Shown here: positions 38,481-52,110 of the stretch, piece after piece
How positions within the stretch are numbered: the first letter of the stretch is position 1
How the letters are laid out: each line of letters starts with the position of its first letter
NCBI RefSeq assembly: GCF_030684315.1
Contig: NC_081373.1
Coordinates: 40,277,989 to 40,341,988, forward strand
Length of the DNA stretch: 64,000 nt
Source of the DNA: Stegostoma tigrinum
Taxonomy: Eukaryota
Direction of reading: 5' to 3'
The notes under the pieces: model-generated
Seen by the model: only the letters and a program-made list of their open reading frames with translations
The model's database searches: none
Told to the model about the DNA's origin: nothing
Program-made: the position numbers and the translations under genes

Positions 38481-41322
38481 TCCTAAATCTGACTGATATT
38501 CCAGGAACCAAGCGAGAGACAGTAGGAAGCGATATCAATAATATAACCAATGTCCTTTTGAAACCAATCATTACCTAGGCAGACAAAGCCTACCCAAACA
38601 CAGAGCCATGCTGTTTATGCATTGGCAAGCTAATCAAAATTGAGAGATACTAGGAACTGCTGATGCTGGAGTCTAAGTTCAGGATGCCTCTGATTGTACT
38701 CAGGAGTAGTAGCTAGGAAAGATTAAAAAGCCACAACCCTTAGTGTTTACAAGTTTGGAAAGAAGGCAGAAAAAGAACTTTAGTCAACAGAACAAAACAG
38801 GAGACACTTTCCAAATCTGTGACCGCTACACCAAGAAGATCAATGGGAACACCATCAGCTCAAGCTACCCTCCAATTCACTCACCAACCTGAATTGTACC
38901 CTCAGTGTTGTTGCATCAAATTTTAGAACTCCCAACTTAGCAATATTATGGGACTACCTAAACCTAGTGAGTGATAATGGTTCCAAAAGGCAGCTCAACA
39001 CCACCTTATCCAGGGGATTTATGGATGGTCAATAATTTGTGGGCCAGCTAGTGACACCCCTCACTTGAATGAATTTTTAAAAATATGCACCCAATCTGCA
39101 TCTGAAGTGAATTGACTCAACTACAGCCTAACTTAAAAATTATTTTATTGTGTTTAGATTTACTAAATTTCTGTGAAACTTGCAAAAGCATAATTGTACC
39201 TAGAATCATTTTACAGTGAGTCGAGATGGAAAACCATTAAATTGACTCTCTCAGTTTTGGTCTGCAATTGTTATTGGCTCAAGTCTTACAATTAAGGTCT
39301 AATTTAACACTCCAAATCTTACAGTGGTTCTGATGGAACTGCATTCAGTTTCTTTATGACTGTGAATTTACCTGTAGTAATGTATGGTATGATGAAATTA
39401 TTCATAAAATGTTAAGTATGTCTGATTTGCTTGTATTTATTAATAATATAAATTTTAAAATCTGGAATACCTTGAAATTACTAAAGCTACTTGAGTTAAT
39501 AAAATTAGATTATAAAGGCTTCATATACTTCTAAATAGAGACTAGAAGTTGATATGAGTTAATCTGAGAAAAAAGACCTTTTGTAGTTGAAATTGCATTG
39601 AATATGCATTAAAATGGGGTGAATTTGCATCATTGCAGCAGGTGCAGAGCTTTGAATGCTGGGAGCCTAAGGGGAACTGAGGCAAGCTGCCAAGTTCAAT
39701 CCCATACTGATAAAAAAAACTCAACAAGGATCATCAGAAGCAAAACTATGATTTTTCATTGCATTTCCTTTCCACAGCTAAAAGCATCAAGGGATATGGG
39801 TGGAAAAGTGAAGTTGATTTTGAAATTTAGCCATGAGTGGGCCATATGGCTGGGCTTTTTTTAATGATCTTGCAATCACTCGCAGGTTACGTTCCCTCCA
39901 TTTGTCTTGATCTCAAGCACCTTTGTGCGAATGGAAACAATGGACTGTATTTTCTACTACCTTGCTAATTACTGCCAAAGTGCATTCATCTCACCAAGGA
40001 CTATTACTCATTTTATAAGCATCACAATTCAGAATGGGGTTTTCATACAGATTCTTATTACGAAGAATATTTCTGGCGAAACACTGCATGGTCAACGAAT
40101 GTTAAAATTAGAGCCAATTTTTGAACATGTTTTGTTTCATCTATTTTCAATCACAATTTTCTTGTCATTTAAAATCAAAACACAATATCCCATGCAATGA
40201 ATAATTTAGAATATTCATATTAGATCTCCCGTAATTTTCTCAGCTTCACCAAATATAACCATCTCATTGAAAACCTCTTATCTTAATATTTGGGTAGTAC
40301 TTGCACACTGTGCATGGAGGTGACTGGTATGAGTTATGTTTCAAGATGTAGCAGAGGAGAGACACAGACACGTGAATTGAAAATGCTGGTGATTTTGACA
40401 ACCACGTGTAGTGCTATCCCCGTGTTGGAGTTGGACAGGTCAGTGAGTAGCAGTGATGTGAAACCCAGCTTGTGATTCCAGTTATTTTTTGATGTCCCCA
40501 TGGCTTTTTGAATATGGTTGGATGGTCAATGGTGTGATGGTGTGTGGAATGAATCTCTTTCTGGTGTTACTCACGATCCAGGCAGAGAAACAAAATCTCG
40601 TGAGCGCAGAGCATTCAATCCTTTGCTAATTTTCACAAATTTGATTCAAACAGTATTTCAGTAGGGCAAACGTGAGAAGTGATTGCCTGAAAGACAGACA
40701 CATAGCTGCTTTTCATTTTTCAATTTGAATGAACAATGAAGGACACAGCATGATCCATGCATAAAGCCTGGATGTGGAAAAACAACTCATTATCATTAAA
40801 TTGGTTATAGAATTGAAGCATTCCATGTGAGAACATTTTACACTTGTCTAAACAGTTGTAATAAAATAATGGACTCTCTACATCGAGTGATGAGGCAGCA
40901 AAATTGAAATTCACATCATTTCCTATCATCCATATACCAAATATGCCACAGCAATTATACAGGCTGGAAAATCGACATTTTTCTTCTTTCCTTTCTCAAA
41001 AATTTGAAAGCATTTTGCAATTTTTCCATCTTTCTGATGTCCTTTTGATAATGATGTGCCCACAGCTCCAATCAGTACACAAACTGTGGCCCAAATAACA
41101 TTTCACATAGATTCATCAACATTGTCTTGGCTTTTTTCCTGAAAGTCCCATTATGATCAAGGTTATGTGATCCATAGAGAATTGTTTTCTAACTAATACA
41201 ATATAAATGCACACTTCAGCACCTCTGGGAAACAAAACTGGTGATTTCAAAATATAATGTGCAAGGATTTTCATACTATGGTGGAGCCTGCTCTGCTTGC
41301 TGAGAACTGGAGTCTAATTAAA

Positions 41323-41515
41323 TTCCGGTTTCCTCCCACAGGCCAAAGATGTGCAGACTAGGTGGATTGGCCATGCTAAATTGCCCATTGTGTTCAGGTG
41401 TATGTGGGTTATAGGGGAATGGGGATGGGTTTGGGTGAGATGCTTCAAGGGGCGATGTGGACTTGTTGGTCCGAAGGGCCTGTTTCCACACTGTAGGTAA
41501 TCTAATCTAATCTAA
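41323..41515 (+). mobile_element. HE1-like SINE 3' half
   Basis: CCGGTTTCCTCCCACAGGCCAAAGATGTGCAG...GAAGGGCCTGTTTCCACACTGTAGG(TAATC)n. Confidence 0.75.
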
Positions 41516-42353
41516 ATGTCTAAGGCTAGGAGTACTATTTTCAGACTAAAATTCCCAGCATGCACAGCAGACCCACTAAGCAATTAGTGGAGTACAGGGC
41601 CACATCAGTGTAATAACCCTGCAGGTAACTGTTGTTCATCCTTAGTCACCAAAAACACAGTGCTATGTTAAAGGGTAATAAGACTAAACTGTTATAATAT
41701 GAAAGTCATGCAATGAAGCAGCAGTACTGGAGGAGTTTGTAAAACCTTGAGGTTTGTGACCATCACATGTGTTATTCTAAATATAACACAATTTTTGAGC
41801 CACATAAGCAGAGATGTACAGTTGATTCAATTATCACAAACATCTTCAGATGCGTCAGTCAAAAGAATGAATTCAATGAAAATACTGTTGAGCAATATAA
41901 GACTTCAATTCACTGGATGAAAACAAAAGTCAAATTACACTGGATAATCAAATCTACATGACATTTGTCGCTCCATTCCAACCACTTGAGTTCAATATTG
42001 GTCAGGTGAAGGCCCATTGAAAGGAATGGCTTTTCGTTTTTAAATCAAAGCAAATTTTCTTTTAATTGGCTTTATTCTATTTTTAATTAGCTTTTGGATA
42101 ATTACTCTGTGCAGAAAGTGCAAATGCTGTGTGTCATGGCATAAGAAATTAATCAAAACCAAAGCGTTAATATCGTTATGCTCAAAGTCGATTTTAGAAG
42201 AATGTATTTAAATGGATGAAGCTGTGGTATTGGTTGCAGAAGGTCTTATTAACATTATCATGAGTGCGGTGCAAATGAAACACAAAAATAGTTTGTACGG
42301 AAATGGAAAAAGGAAATCTCGAATCCAGCAATTAAAAGGGTAAGGTTATTTTC

Positions 42354-42548
42354 AAGATAACAAAATGTGAGGCTGGATGAACACAGCAGGCCAAGCAGCA
42401 TCTCAGGAGCACAAAAGCTGACGTTTCGGGCCTAGACCCGAAACGTCAGCTTTTGTGCTCCTGAGATGCTGCTTGGCCTGCTGTGTTCATCCAGCCTCAC
42501 ATTTTGTTATCTTGGATTCTCCAGCATCTGCAGTTCCCATTATCTCTG
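42354..42548. mobile_element. Near-perfect hairpin mini-PLE (family A) centred on HHR stem II
   Basis: About 80-bp arms around GGGCCTAGACCC, plus a ~35-nt 3' tail. TSD GGTTATTTTCAAG at 42344-42356 and 42551-42563. Confidence 0.93.
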
Positions 42549-43249
42549 AGGGTTATTTTCAAGTTCGTTTGTGAGAGAAGATATTTGAATGTGATTACAA
42601 AAATTAAGAATGTTGTTTCTTAATGTATAATTATTTGAGGATGTTTTGGTGCTTCCATTTAATTGAAATTGGGTAAATGTTTGAAGCAAAAGATCAAACA
42701 GGGTAGGTGGTGGTAGAAAAAGCAGTCAATGGATTAATCTTAAATTGCTCTGGCAAAGAAGCAACATGAATTGAATGGTTTCTTGCTGCACTGCAAAGAG
42801 CTTAGGTTTTCCTCAGTGCAAGTTACGCCTCAAATTCAAGGGAGAAGGGTAGGCCTGTTGGGAAATGCTTTGTCTAACAAATAATAGTCATGCTTCTGCA
42901 TAAATTTAAACAAGTTTCCCCTCTCAGAATTACTCATGCTTTCACATTTTATAGTATTTCAAACAATATTTTATACATTTGCAAGAAGCTTATTTAATCA
43001 CTTAATGCTGTTGAAAGCAATAGTCCTAAAGAAAACACTATAAGCCTAAGGCCAGTTTTCCTGCCATGGATTCCATTGGAGAAGCCCACTATTCTTTGAT
43101 GAAGGCTATCTCAGTATACGAAGTACCACTAGAGTCTTGTGTGTGAAAATACCCAGTATAGTGTTAATTTTATACCAACGTGACTAATTATATGTAGGTG
43201 ATGAACATTAACCATAGATTGAATTGTGCTCCTATAAGTAGGAGCAGGG

Positions 43250-43355
43250 TGGGCACTTGTGGTGCAGAGGTAGCAGCTGTACCTCTGAACCAGGAGACCC
43301 AGGTTCAAGTCCCACCTGCACCAGAGATGTAATAATATCACTGAACAGGTTGGTT
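43250..43355 (+). mobile_element. Short tRNA-derived SINE (related copies at ~24541-24625 and ~27160-27266)
   Basis: A-box-like TGTGGTGCAGAGGTAG, B-box-like CAGGTTCAAGTCCC and a shared 3' end ATAA.ATC.CTGAACAGG. Confidence 0.6.
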
Positions 43356-43707
43356 TGAAAATGTAAATAGGAATGGGCTGAAACTGTAGTGACTGGGTTA
43401 TGAGGTACATGTGTATTGTAGACAGTTAAAAATGGTTGCAAAATTTGCAACTGAGAATAAAATTTAGACAAATCTAAAATCCTGGTGGGAAATAGTCAGA
43501 AGTAAGTGTAAATTATCAGGTATGATTACCCTCTGATGTTCCCCGAATCTGAACCAAATGATCAGCAAATGAATGATGGAGCTTTGTAGACACAGATTAT
43601 ATTCCTCTCAAGCAGTAACAAAGAATGGACTCAGCATTGCTGCTTTCTACAAAAAGCACAATCAGAAGTAAACTGTGATATGGTTGCCTGTCAGAAGAAG
43701 TGCTAAA

Positions 43708-43848
43708 GGGTTCTGAAGAAGAGTCATCTTCGAGTTGTAGTATTAACTCTGTTTCTCTCTCCACATGTGTACCTGAGCTGTTGAGTTTCTCTAGCACTTT
43801 CTGTTTTTATTTCAGATCTCCAGCTTCCAGATTAATTTGCTTTTATTT
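43708..43848 (+). mobile_element. Old PLE family C terminus with decayed HHR
   Basis: GGTTCTGAAGAAGAGTC...TATTAACTCTGTTTCTCTCTCCAC...TTTCTGTTTTTATTTCAGAT aligns by eye with 32443-32540 and 25318-25400. Confidence 0.6.
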
Positions 43849-46800
43849 ATTCACTGGAGTGTGGTAAGATGCCTTATATGGACAGATTTATTTTTCTAGC
43901 TGCTGTTCAGTTCTTTAAGAAAGAGATCCAATTGGATTAGATGTTTTTCCCTGGGAGTGTCTTAGGCAGAAGTTGTTTCCTTTAGCTGAAACATCTATGG
44001 TGATACAAAAAAATAGACGTCTCAATGATTACCAGGTTTCAAAATATTCCAGATGGCAGGCATAGGTGCTAATATGAAGAAAGGTCAAAAGACCAAGCAG
44101 AATGGGAATGAAACTTTCATCAGTTAATCTGGCTATCACAGTAGAAGACAAAACTGGTGCAAAAGAACACAAGTATCATTTTGAAATGCCCAAACCTTCC
44201 TGATGGGTGTTCTTGCGCAATTAGCATAACATTTCTGATGGCTAAAAATGGCGAAATGTTGTACCTCAGCTGAACAAGCAAAAGAATACAAAGGGTTGCT
44301 AAAAGTATACTGGCCACCAGATACAAAGGACCTGGGATTCTATCAGTCAAATATTTTAAATCAGGTTATACATGGGCATACTGAAAATAATATATACATT
44401 TAATATTATGCAGATAATCATTCATTTTCATATAATATCCATTATCTGACAAGTGAATGGGTGAAGTTTATAGATTGGTAATTGCTGGCTTGAAACAATT
44501 GATGGAGATGAAGTCTGTAAAACAGCATTGATGGGGGCCAACTGTCAACTGATGGATCATTTTACACAAAGAAATGCAAGTACAAAGAAATTGTCAGAAT
44601 TCCTAAAGGAGTGAATCTCATAATGTGGTGCTAGGTATAGAATATGGAAGGTCTTTGTTGAATTTGTTTGTGACTTTTGTTTATACTTATAAATTCGATT
44701 TGTTTTATTTAAAAAGAAACCATGTCTTCATGATGTTTCATTGTATGGAAATAGTGGTCATTTACAAAAAATATACTTTTTTTCTCTAATAAATAGGGAC
44801 AGGTTGAACCTGCAAGATTTAGGGGCATTCTTGTTATCTGTAACTCCAATGAAAAAAATTAGGAAAGTGGAAAGCTTGACTCTAGTACTATCCTTTACCA
44901 CTTGGCTTTCTTGAATAGAACCGATGGGCTTCCCATTCTGGAAATACTTGCCTTGTAAGGGGAGGACAGAACTTGTGGTAGCACATTCACATAACTCTGA
45001 GGTAACGTGTGAAAACGAAAAGATGTCTCATGGGTAATGGTACCAGACATTCTGTAGCTGAAGACCAATCAGCCGTTTGGTTCCAGACTGTCTGAACAAA
45101 TTAGATTGACAGCTTTTTACCCTACATTTTCTGATATTGTCACCATCCTCACCTTACCATACGTGAACAAGAGACAACGAGATTTAAAAGTAGTTTGGTT
45201 CATCTGATTTATTCTAGGATGGTAGGAGTAGAATGATTTTAATGAATGGAATATGTCTTATCAGTTTATCAGTAAAAATGTATGCATGTCAAAAGTGTAC
45301 CTGTGTACTATGAGAATACACTAGGTATGAGTTTTTTTGTCATATGTGGATGAACTGATAGAACATGCTACATCATTCACATGGTAGCATGTTGTAATCT
45401 AAGCCTTCAATGTATTTTTTGCCAGCAGCGGGCATCTCGACAGATGCTGACAGCCAATGGATTTCATCTAGTTGATTGGAGAGTGCTCATACTAAGGCAG
45501 CAATATAATGTGATCGCTATAAACTTATCAAAAGACGATGCTGCTCATTGCAGGATAATCATACTTCATAATGACTTTATGCAGGAGGATAGAGAAGCAA
45601 GAGAGAGATGAAAAGTTATTGCACCATTCAAACAACAAGGGAAAATATGCAAGATGATCTGGTTAGAATTGGTATGACTCCGAGAAAAGAGTTGTGAGAC
45701 TCTAAAGACACACTAAAAATGGTTATTTCAACGTGCTCTTTTTGCTGCATCCCCTGGTTATTATGCCTGGGATGCTGGAACTTGATTATGCAACCCTTCT
45801 TCCTGTAGATTGTGAGCTCATTCCACAAAGGCTTTTCATGCACTACCAGTCTGTTTACACAGGATTGCAACAAAAGAAACATTTAGCACAGTTATTTATG
45901 AAGGATCGCTCTCCCTGGACTTAATGAAGTGAAACATTTGAAATTAGAATTTGGCCAGCAAACCAGATGTAAAAAAACATAATCCACTATATTGTGTCCG
46001 CTACTGGGTTGGTTACACAACCTAAAGACAGAAGTGAAGTTTAATATCATCACCATCTCAATTTGTGTTTACTTTATAACTTATCATTGGCTCAAGTCTT
46101 GATGGAAATAAACTTGCAAGGTTACAGGGATAGACTGGAGGAGTTGGACAGATCAGATTGCTCTGCAAAGAACTGGTATGAACTATGTGGGCTGATTGGC
46201 TTCCTTCTAAACTGGAATGATTACATAGCTCTATAATAGATACATAAAATCCGTAACACTTCATTAAGCAATGACCTGTCTACATCAGTACAATTAACTG
46301 CAAAATCTTTCTGCAAATTAAGGATTGAACTCTGCAGCCAGGAAGTCAGATGACCCTCTATGAACTCAGTAAATTACAATTCAACAGGCCAAATCTCCTG
46401 GTGCTTTGTCACATATACTTCATAATATTTCCCAATTAAGAAAGAAGAACAACAAAATATATTTAAAGAAAGCATCTGAGAGCTATTTGCTGTATTATAA
46501 CACAAGATCTTGCTATGTGTCTCTGAGCTTTAATTATGATATGTCGTTTTGTGTTTATCTTACAATATGATGATACTACATTGAACATATTAGTGTAGTT
46601 CTAGAAGGTAGTCTGAAATGTTATGATTTAAAGTGTTGCTAAATAATCTTGCCTCTCAGTTCTGCTGTGCTATCTCACTGTTGTACTTGACTCAATCTCA
46701 GTTTTGTGATTTTGAGAATCTGTTCACTACAATGTTCCTTTTCTCTTTTCTGTCCCCTATCATGACCCCACCCACCCCCTTTCCACTGCTGCAATCTTAC

Positions 46801-47179
46801 TAAATGTAGAGTTTAAAATATATTGTTAGAAAATTGCTGAAACACTCAAGGATGTGAATCAAGAGCTCAGTACAAAATGAGGTCATGCAGTAAGGGACCT
46901 GAACAAAGCACAAGTGTGACAGAGTTAATAGCAGTGGATGAGAAACCTGAAAGAGACATTACAGAGAAGTCACATCTGACCAGAGAGACTGATTGAAATG
47001 TTGGCATTTCACCTTTTGCAAAAGTGGACATGCTCAATTTTGTTCCAGCAAAATCCGAAATCTCTAAAGGAAAATATATGGTTTTTATTCTAAGTGTCTC
47101 ATTGCTTATCCATGCAGCATGTCACTTCTGACAATAGATATTGTACTGATTGGAACATGCATGAATCAAAGAACTTGGT

Positions 47180-48110
47180 TTGTCGATGCAGCAAGTAATT
47201 AAGAAGGCAAATTTAATATTGGCCTTCATTGCTAGAGGGATGGAGTTTAAAAACAGGGAGGTTGTGTTGCAGCTGTTTAGGGTGCTGGTAAGGCCACACC
47301 TTGGGTACTGACACAGTTTTTGTCTCCTTACCTAAGAAAAGCAGTAATGGCATTGGAGGGGGTGCAGAGGAGGTTCACTAGGTTAATCCTGGAATTGAGA
47401 AGGTTGGTGAATGAAGAGTAATTGTGCAGACTGGGGCTGTACTCATTGGAATTTCGGTGACTGAGGAGGGATCTTGTAGAAGCATATAACGTTATGAAGG
47501 GAATAGATAAGTTAGAAGCAGAAAGGTTTCTAAGGTTTTGGAGTAGATTTGTTGTTTAGGTTGTGGGTGTTGAGGTTGGTTGTCTCAATGAGCTGGCTTG
47601 TTGTTCTGCACCGGTGAGGGTGTTGTTTATAAGTTTGTATACATCCTCTAGTTTGGTCCGTTTAATGATAACAAAGGTATTGTCCATCATTAAACAAACC
47701 AAACTAGAGGAGACGCACAAACTTTTAAAGAACACCCTCACTGGAAACCAGCTTGGCGAGCCAACCAACCTCAAGCAGAGAGGTTGTTTCCAGTGGTGGG
47801 AGAAACTAGAACTCAGGGACATAGCCTCAAAATAAAGGGGAACAGGTTTAGGCCCAAGTTGAGGAAGGGATGCTTCACCCAAAGTGTTGTGAATCTGTGG
47901 AATTCCCTGTCCAATGAAGCAGTTGAATCTATCTCATTGAATGTTTTTAAGGCAAAGAGACAGAGGTTTTTGAACTGTAAGGAAATAAGGGTTATGGTGA
48001 GTGGGTGGGTAAGTGGAGCTGAGTCCTCATAAAGATCAGCCATGATCTTATTGAATGATGGAGCATGCTCAATGGGCCAGTGACCTAATCCTGTTCCTAT
48101 TTCTTATGTT
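47180..48110 (+). mobile_element. CR1-type LINE 3' region interrupted at 47529-47772
   Basis: LFRVLVRPHLGY..QF, RLGLYSLEFR.LRRDLVE and TQGHSLKIKG...FTQSVVNLWNSL motifs. Confidence 0.85.
47529..47772. mobile_element. Fold-back fragment of a Poseidon-type PLE
   Basis: Hairpin of an RT segment (DNTFVIIKRTKLEDVYKLINNTLTG on minus; IIKQTKLEETHKLLKNTLTG on plus). TSD AAGCAGA(A/G)AGGTT at 47516-47528 and 47773-47785. Confidence 0.7.
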
Positions 48111-48119
48111 TTAACTTTC

Positions 48120-51100
48120 CATGGGGCAACTGATACTCTAAACTTTCAAGAGTTGATGGATTTAGCTAAGGAATATTATGGCCCCAAGCCTCCCGTAATT
48201 CTGAGAATCTACTGGTTTTACTTGGTAGTTCAAAACCTGGGGAAGCCCAATCAGGATTTTTGACGTGGTTTAGACAACTGGCAGGGGCATGTGATTTCAG
48301 TTGAACCCTAAGTGATATGCTAAGAGACTGTTTGGTGTGGGGAAGATTAATGATGCAACCACGCGAAAGCACCTATTGCTGAAGGCCAACTGAACTTCAA
48401 ACAGGCACTACAACTGTTTTTATCATTGGAAAATACAGCAAGCGGAGCATATAAGTTGCAGGGTATTTCAACAGACACCTTCACCAGGCCAACTGAGTCT
48501 GGGGAACACCACCTGAGTTTGGACAATTGCATAGCCTCACTTAAGTCATGTCTGAACAGAGGGACTCTAGGTCAGCCCACGGTAAAACCCCGAAACAAAG
48601 CCGAGCCTGGGCCAAATGGTTAAAATTTTCTTCAGGATCTGGGCTGGCAAACCTTTGTAGTCGCTGCTGGTGTGCAGACTCAAGAAGGCAAAGGAGCCCC
48701 TCTGGACCTAAATTGAGTAAAATAACTCATAGACTGGTATCCGGGAGAGTGCACACCCTGGAAAATCCATGTATGTATGGTCCGGAACAGTTAAACTGCT
48801 TAGCAATATCCAAATCCGAACCAATTAAAATTAATGTCTGATTAAATGTCACCTGGTCCTGATGGAGGTTGACAGTGGCACGTCTGTATCAGGGTTTGCA
48901 GAAACAATCTTTACCAAAATTTGCTCTGGACTCTTTAGCCTTTAGGTTTTGCAAGACCTTGGCCAGGCTGAGAGCCTACGCCAGGAATTCCGACAGATTA
49001 ACAGTACAACTTTGATTCCTGTCTCTTATGAGAAGCATCTGGTTCAGTTACAAATGACTGTAGTAAAAAGCCCAGGCGCAAGCTTGATGGGGTGAAATTG
49101 ATTGTGAAAGATCCAACTTGACTGACTCAACAGTTTTCAATTGGAAAATGACTACCTGAGTGAGGTCCTAATAAAATGCCCAGACATTTTTCACAAAGGT
49201 CTAGGGGCTATCGAAGGAGCCAAGTCTACCTTACATGTTGACTAAGAAACAACTCCATGATTTGGCAAGGCCCACCCAATGCCATTGGCCTGTCTGGCAA
49301 AAGTAGAGGCAGAAATAAGGAGGATGGAAAGCAAAGAAATCATCAAACTAGTACAGTCTGAGGAATGGGCAGCACTGGTCTTACTGATTGTGAAGCCTGA
49401 CAGGTTGGCTCACCGTTTATGGCAATTTCAAACAAACAGCAAAATGCTTGCTGCAATTGGATAAATGCTATGCAAAACTGGTATGCAAAACTGGTGGGAG
49501 GCTGACCTTCACAAAGCTGAACAAGAGCCATGCATACCTGCAATTGTAATTAGATGAAGATTCAGTAAATATGATACAGTTAATACCCATAAGGGTTTGT
49601 ACCAGTGTCGAAGTCTGCCATTTGGGCTATCATCAACTTATGCTACTTCCCAGCAGGCCATTGGGAACAATTTACAAGGGCTACCCCCAAGTCTCTGTTT
49701 ATTTGGATGACATGCTAATAAACGGGATGACTAATAAAGAGCATTTTATAAATGTCATAAACGTTACTCCAAGACAGGTAAATGCATTAGGACGGAAAAA
49801 ATGAGTGTTCCAGGCACCCCAAGTGACCCACTTGGGCTACAGAGTTGACAAGACCAGCTACACTTGTTGGAAGATAAAGTGAGGGCGATCAAAGATGCCT
49901 CGGTTCCCATATCGATACAGGAGCTTAGCTCTTTCCTTTGGGCTGGTGAATTATTATGGAAAGTTCATATGTTACCTGACCTCCATCGTGGCACCCTTAC
50001 ACCTGCTATTTAGAAAAGGCCAGCCTTGGAAATGGTCTTACAGCCAAGAAGTAGCCTTTAGAGAAGTAAAGAAGCAACTATTCTGTAAATCCCTGATAAC
50101 AGCACCCAATCCCCCGATGGCTGGTGCCTTCTTCTAAGGAGTTGGCCCATTACAATACCGAGCGAGGTGTGGTGCTACATGCAATGCCTCCCCATATGGC
50201 ATCGGGATAGTGTTGGTTCATCAGTGGCCCAGTGGAGAGGAATACCTGGTAGCATGTGCTTCCAGGACTGTGGCTGACGCTGATTGAAGATACGCCCAGA
50301 GAGAGAAGGAAGGTTTGGCAGTTATCTTTGATGTGAGAAAGTTCTACCAACACCTTTTATGGATGTAAATTTGTAATAGTAATGGACCACAGACCCTTGT
50401 TTGGGCTACTTAGAGGACAAGCCCATGCCACCCATTATTTCAGGGCAAGTTCAGGTGGGCTCATATCCTGAGTGCATACACTTACAAGGTGGAAACTATC
50501 CGGGAGGCCAAGTGTCAAATACACATGCATTGAACCGCCTCCCATTGGCAGTTACACTACTGCTCATGCCACCACTAGAAGAGTCCGTGATAATAAAATG
50601 TGAGGCTGGATGAACACAGCAGGCCAAGCAGCATCTCAGGAGCACAAAAGCTGACGTTTCGGGCCTGGACCCTTCAACGTCAGCTTTTGTGGCTCTCTGA
50701 TGAAGGGTCCAGGCCCGAAACATCAGCTTTTGTGCTCCTGAGATGCTGCTTGGCCTGCTGTGTTCATCCAGCCTCACATTTTATTATCTTGGAATTCTCC
50801 AGCATCTGCAGTTCCCATTATCTCTGATACTAGAAGAGTCCGTTCTGGTTTTCGATGTTCTGGACATCCTTCCAGTCACTGCTGGATAATTGGACTGTGG
50901 GCACAAAAAGAATCTATCCTGGTAAAACCAAAACAGCTGGTAGTGATGAGGGAAACAGAAGGGCCAAGACAACCAGAATTGAAACTTTTCTGGACCTGGT
51001 GAGGCCAGAGGATGGAATATTTTTATGGGAAACAAGAGTGATTGCCCCTAGCAAAAGTTCACTGCCAGATACTGGCTGCATTCCACTAGGGTCATCCAGG

Positions 51101-51545
51101 CATTTCCAAAATGAAGGTATTGGTGTGGAGTTATGCCTGGTGGTCAGGATTGGATGCAGATCTAGCTACATGGTGGGTCAGTGCCCAGAGTGCCAACAAA
51201 GACAAAACATACTGCCAACAGCTCCCCTATGTTCAGGGGAATGGCGGGGTAAACCCTGGACTTGGTTACACGTTGACCATGTTGGTCTTTTCGTAGCCCC
51301 TATGTTCTTAATCATTGCGGATGCCCTTTCAAAGTGGTTGAACATTACGTAAAATTCATTTGTCGAACACAGGGACAACGATAGAAAAAATGTGAGCATC
51401 TTTTGCAATATATGTACTCCCAGAAGTGCTGGTCACAGACAGTGAGCTATCATTTACCAGCAGCATATTTGAGTATTTTCTAAAGTCGAATGGCATCCAT
51501 CATGTAATGACAGCTCCATGCCATCCGTTGTCCAATGGTCAGATT
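48120..51545 (+). mobile_element. Degenerate Ty3/Gypsy gag-pol (PR-RT-RH-IN order)
   Basis: gag-like QKPGE...LSDMLRDCLV; protease MEVDSGTSVS (~48862); RT VYLDDMLI (~49697) and GLVNYYGKFI..L..IVAPLH.L; RNase H-like CNASPYGIG; integrase SYAWWSGLD..., CPECQ, PWTWLHVDH. Many stops and frameshifts. No LTRs recognised. Confidence 0.88.
50589..50828. mobile_element. Fold-back mini-PLE (family A) inserted in the Gypsy pol
   Basis: Inverted arms with HHR. 15-bp TSD ACTAGAAGAGTCCGT at 50574-50588 and 50829-50843. Confidence 0.93.
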
Positions 51546-52110
51546 GCCTTGGAAATACTTAAGGTTAGGCAGCTCAGCAGGTTGGAAAATTAACCTAGAA
51601 GCACCTGTGGGGAAGTCATTGGGCTGCTTGGGAATCACTGCCCTGACATATCTCTGGCCAGTCTTGCAACCACACGAAGCAAATACAATTGATAAGGGCG
51701 ATATAACTGATAAAGCTAAATTTGGTCAGGAATAGGTCACGATTATTTGAAAGCATTCAGCATGAGTAAGCAACAGACTTGATTGGTTTCATCTCGAGGG
51801 GAGGTAAGGCTGTGAGGGGAGGGAATAAATTTCTACAAGCACCCACAATCATGTTTCAGCTCTGTTGTACATATTTGAGGCTGCATTGTATGTTGGAAGG
51901 GTCTACAAAATCCTTGTTCTAAACATTCTGTCTGTATGGCTGTTAAGGTACCACTAGTCAGAAAAAGAACAGATTAAGAATTTTCTTGGCAACAGTGTAG
52001 CTGATAATGGACTGGCAGAGGGCAAGATTGCCTATTAGAGAAAACTTGGATTAGGTCCTTATTAATATGAAATCAGCCACCCTGTGATTTTTATGGAAGT
52101 ATGTGAAACT

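Noticed and set aside
42354-42548. Interpretation as a DNA-transposon MITE, pre-miRNA or terminator
   Set aside because: The arms are the PLE pLTR end, the TSD is 13 bp, the ends are asymmetric, and centres vary between loci.
43250-43320. tRNA gene
   Set aside because: A- and B-box-like motifs only, no complete cloverleaf, and related decayed copies nearby, so it is treated as a SINE head.
45577-45661. Possible plus-strand exon (TGCAG...GTTAG)
   Set aside because: Stops in all three frames and a weak polypyrimidine tract.
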